DNA of 63,486 nt, the filler included, from Chiloscyllium plagiosum (lineage: Eukaryota): the NCBI RefSeq assembly GCF_004010195.1. It is 4 parts of one record of this genome, joined end to end, with 100 filler letters (N's around TTAATTAATTAA, not from the genome) between each part and the next. Parts side by side here need not be neighbours in the genome. Positions count along the whole stretch, not along the records: positions 60,720 to 63,486 come from NC_057712.1; 3 more parts are not named here. The stretch is one strand, 5' to 3'. Positions 62,260 through 63,486 of this stretch are shown here, piece after piece. Under the pieces are notes generated by a model. That model did no database searches. It was not told where the DNA came from and saw only the letters and a program-made list of their open reading frames with translations. The first letter of the stretch is position 1, and each line of letters begins with the position of its first letter. Position numbers and translations under genes: made by a program.

Positions 62260-62340
62260 CAGGAGCTCTGGGGGGAAGATCGGCTCCTGAGTGGGATCCA
62301 GAGGTTTAAACTCTGATGGTTCGAAAAGCCTGGGTGACAT
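62260..62340 (-). CDS. XDH: Internal coding exon of xanthine dehydrogenase, [27 protein letters not shown]
   Basis: Minus strand: acceptor gctctttgtttcag, 81 nt phase-0 exon, donor CTG|gtaggt. [15 protein letters not shown] is the hallmark XDH motif; AOX usually has ELIFPPELM. Confidence 0.9.
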
Positions 62341-62663
62341 CTGAAACAAAGAGCAAGTGATTAGCTGTCACTTCTGGAATATACTTTGACAAATGTACCT
62401 GACACTCTCAGGTCCTAAACTCTAGGGTTGGCCCCGGGCTGGCTAGTTAAGTGCCTGAAGGACACATTTAATTCCACAGGGTCTTTCTCAAAGAAGTGTG
62501 GCTTGGACAGGGCACCCACCACCAATGTTAAATTTCAGCCACTGTGATTACCATTATACATACACATGTAAACATGCAGCGTATACATGCATCGGAAACA
62601 CACACAGATGAAAAAACACAGAAGTAGCACCAGGTGACTTTAATGACATTCAGATATACTAAC

Positions 62664-62738
62664 CCCAGGTGGATTAACTCCAAACTGCCCCTTGCAGCAG
62701 CCATTTTCTGTCCCATTCTGATCACAGCAGTTTGATGG
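62664..62738 (-). CDS. XDH: Internal coding exon of xanthine dehydrogenase (Cys-rich linker after the 2Fe-2S domains), PSNCCDQNGTENGCCKGQFGVNPPG
   Basis: Minus strand: acceptor ttttcctcctttttag, 75 nt open phase-0 exon, donor GGG|gttagt. The CC...CC pattern matches the XDH/AOX linker and splices in frame to the next exon. Confidence 0.8.
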
Positions 62739-62799
62739 CTAAAAAGGAGGAAAACAATCATGCATTCAGCTTACAAATCTTCACTGCAGCTATTGCTAG

Positions 62800-62890
62800 T
62801 GTGGTGGCTCAGTGGTTAGCACTGCTGTCTCACAACCCCGTTGACCTCGGTTCAATTCCAGCCTTGGGTGATAGTATGTGTGGAGTTTGA
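62800..62890 (+). mobile_element. HE1-type SINE 5' fragment
   Basis: tggctcagtggttagcactgctg...ggttcaattcc. Confidence 0.75.
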
Positions 62891-62894
62891 TTTG

Positions 62895-63486
62895 TACAGG
62901 GATCTGGGTGTGTGGGTCCAGAGCTCACTGACAGTGGCGGTGTAGATAGTTAAAAAGAGGCTTAGAGCATTGAGTGTAAGGATAGAGGAGCTATGCTGTA
63001 TCGTTACAGAGCCCTAGTTAGGCCACATTTGGAATACTGTCTAAAGTTCTGGTCACCGCACTACCAAAAGGATGTGGATGCTTTGGAGAGGGTGCAGAGA
63101 AGGTTTACCAGGATTTTGCGTGCGATGGGAGATGTTAGAAATGAAGAAAGGTTGGATAGACTGAGGTTTGTTTTCTCTGGAACGCAGGAGGTTGAGGGGC
63201 GATTGTCAATGGAGTGGAAAATGTGAGGCTTTTTCCCAGGGTGGAGGGATCAATTACTAATGGACACAGGTTCAAGGAGTAAAGGGGGAAGCTTAAAAGA
63301 GATGAGTGAGGCAGGTTTTTCACACAAAGGGTGGTGAGTGCCTGAAACGCGCTGCCAGAGGAGATGGTGAAAGCAAAGACTATAACAGCATACAAGAGGC
63401 ACCTGGACGGATACAAGAATAGGAAGGGAATAGACAGATAAGGATCCTGTAAGTGAAGGCAGTTTTAGTATGGAAGGGCAAAATGT
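62895..63486 (+). mobile_element. CR1 RT C-terminus
   Basis: [25 protein letters not shown]. Confidence 0.85.

Overview
Eukaryotic, repeat-dominated genomic DNA, inferred to be from a cartilaginous fish (shark-like) because of its HE1/V-SINE and HER1-type CR1 content. Most of the window is decayed retroelements: many CR1 LINEs (two near full-length, with zinc-finger/SGNH-esterase ORF1), one near full-length degenerate L1, at least four families of Penelope-like elements (PLEs) whose terminal repeats carry minimal hammerhead-ribozyme cores, HE1/V-SINEs, a second SINE that shares its tail with a second LINE family, a solo LTR, and the 3' end of a Gypsy element with Gmr1-like domain order. The only recognisable host gene is two minus-strand exons of xanthine dehydrogenase (62664-62738 and 62260-62340), absent from the ORF track. 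Three 100-bp spacers (N44-TTAATTAATTAA-N44) split the window into four pieces whose real adjacency is doubtful. I found no clearly new biological system. The most interesting signals are the hammerhead motifs with family-specific stems and small palindromic, ORF-less PLE derivatives. Repeat boundaries are approximate unless a target-site duplication (TSD) is quoted. All family names come from motif recognition, not database searches.
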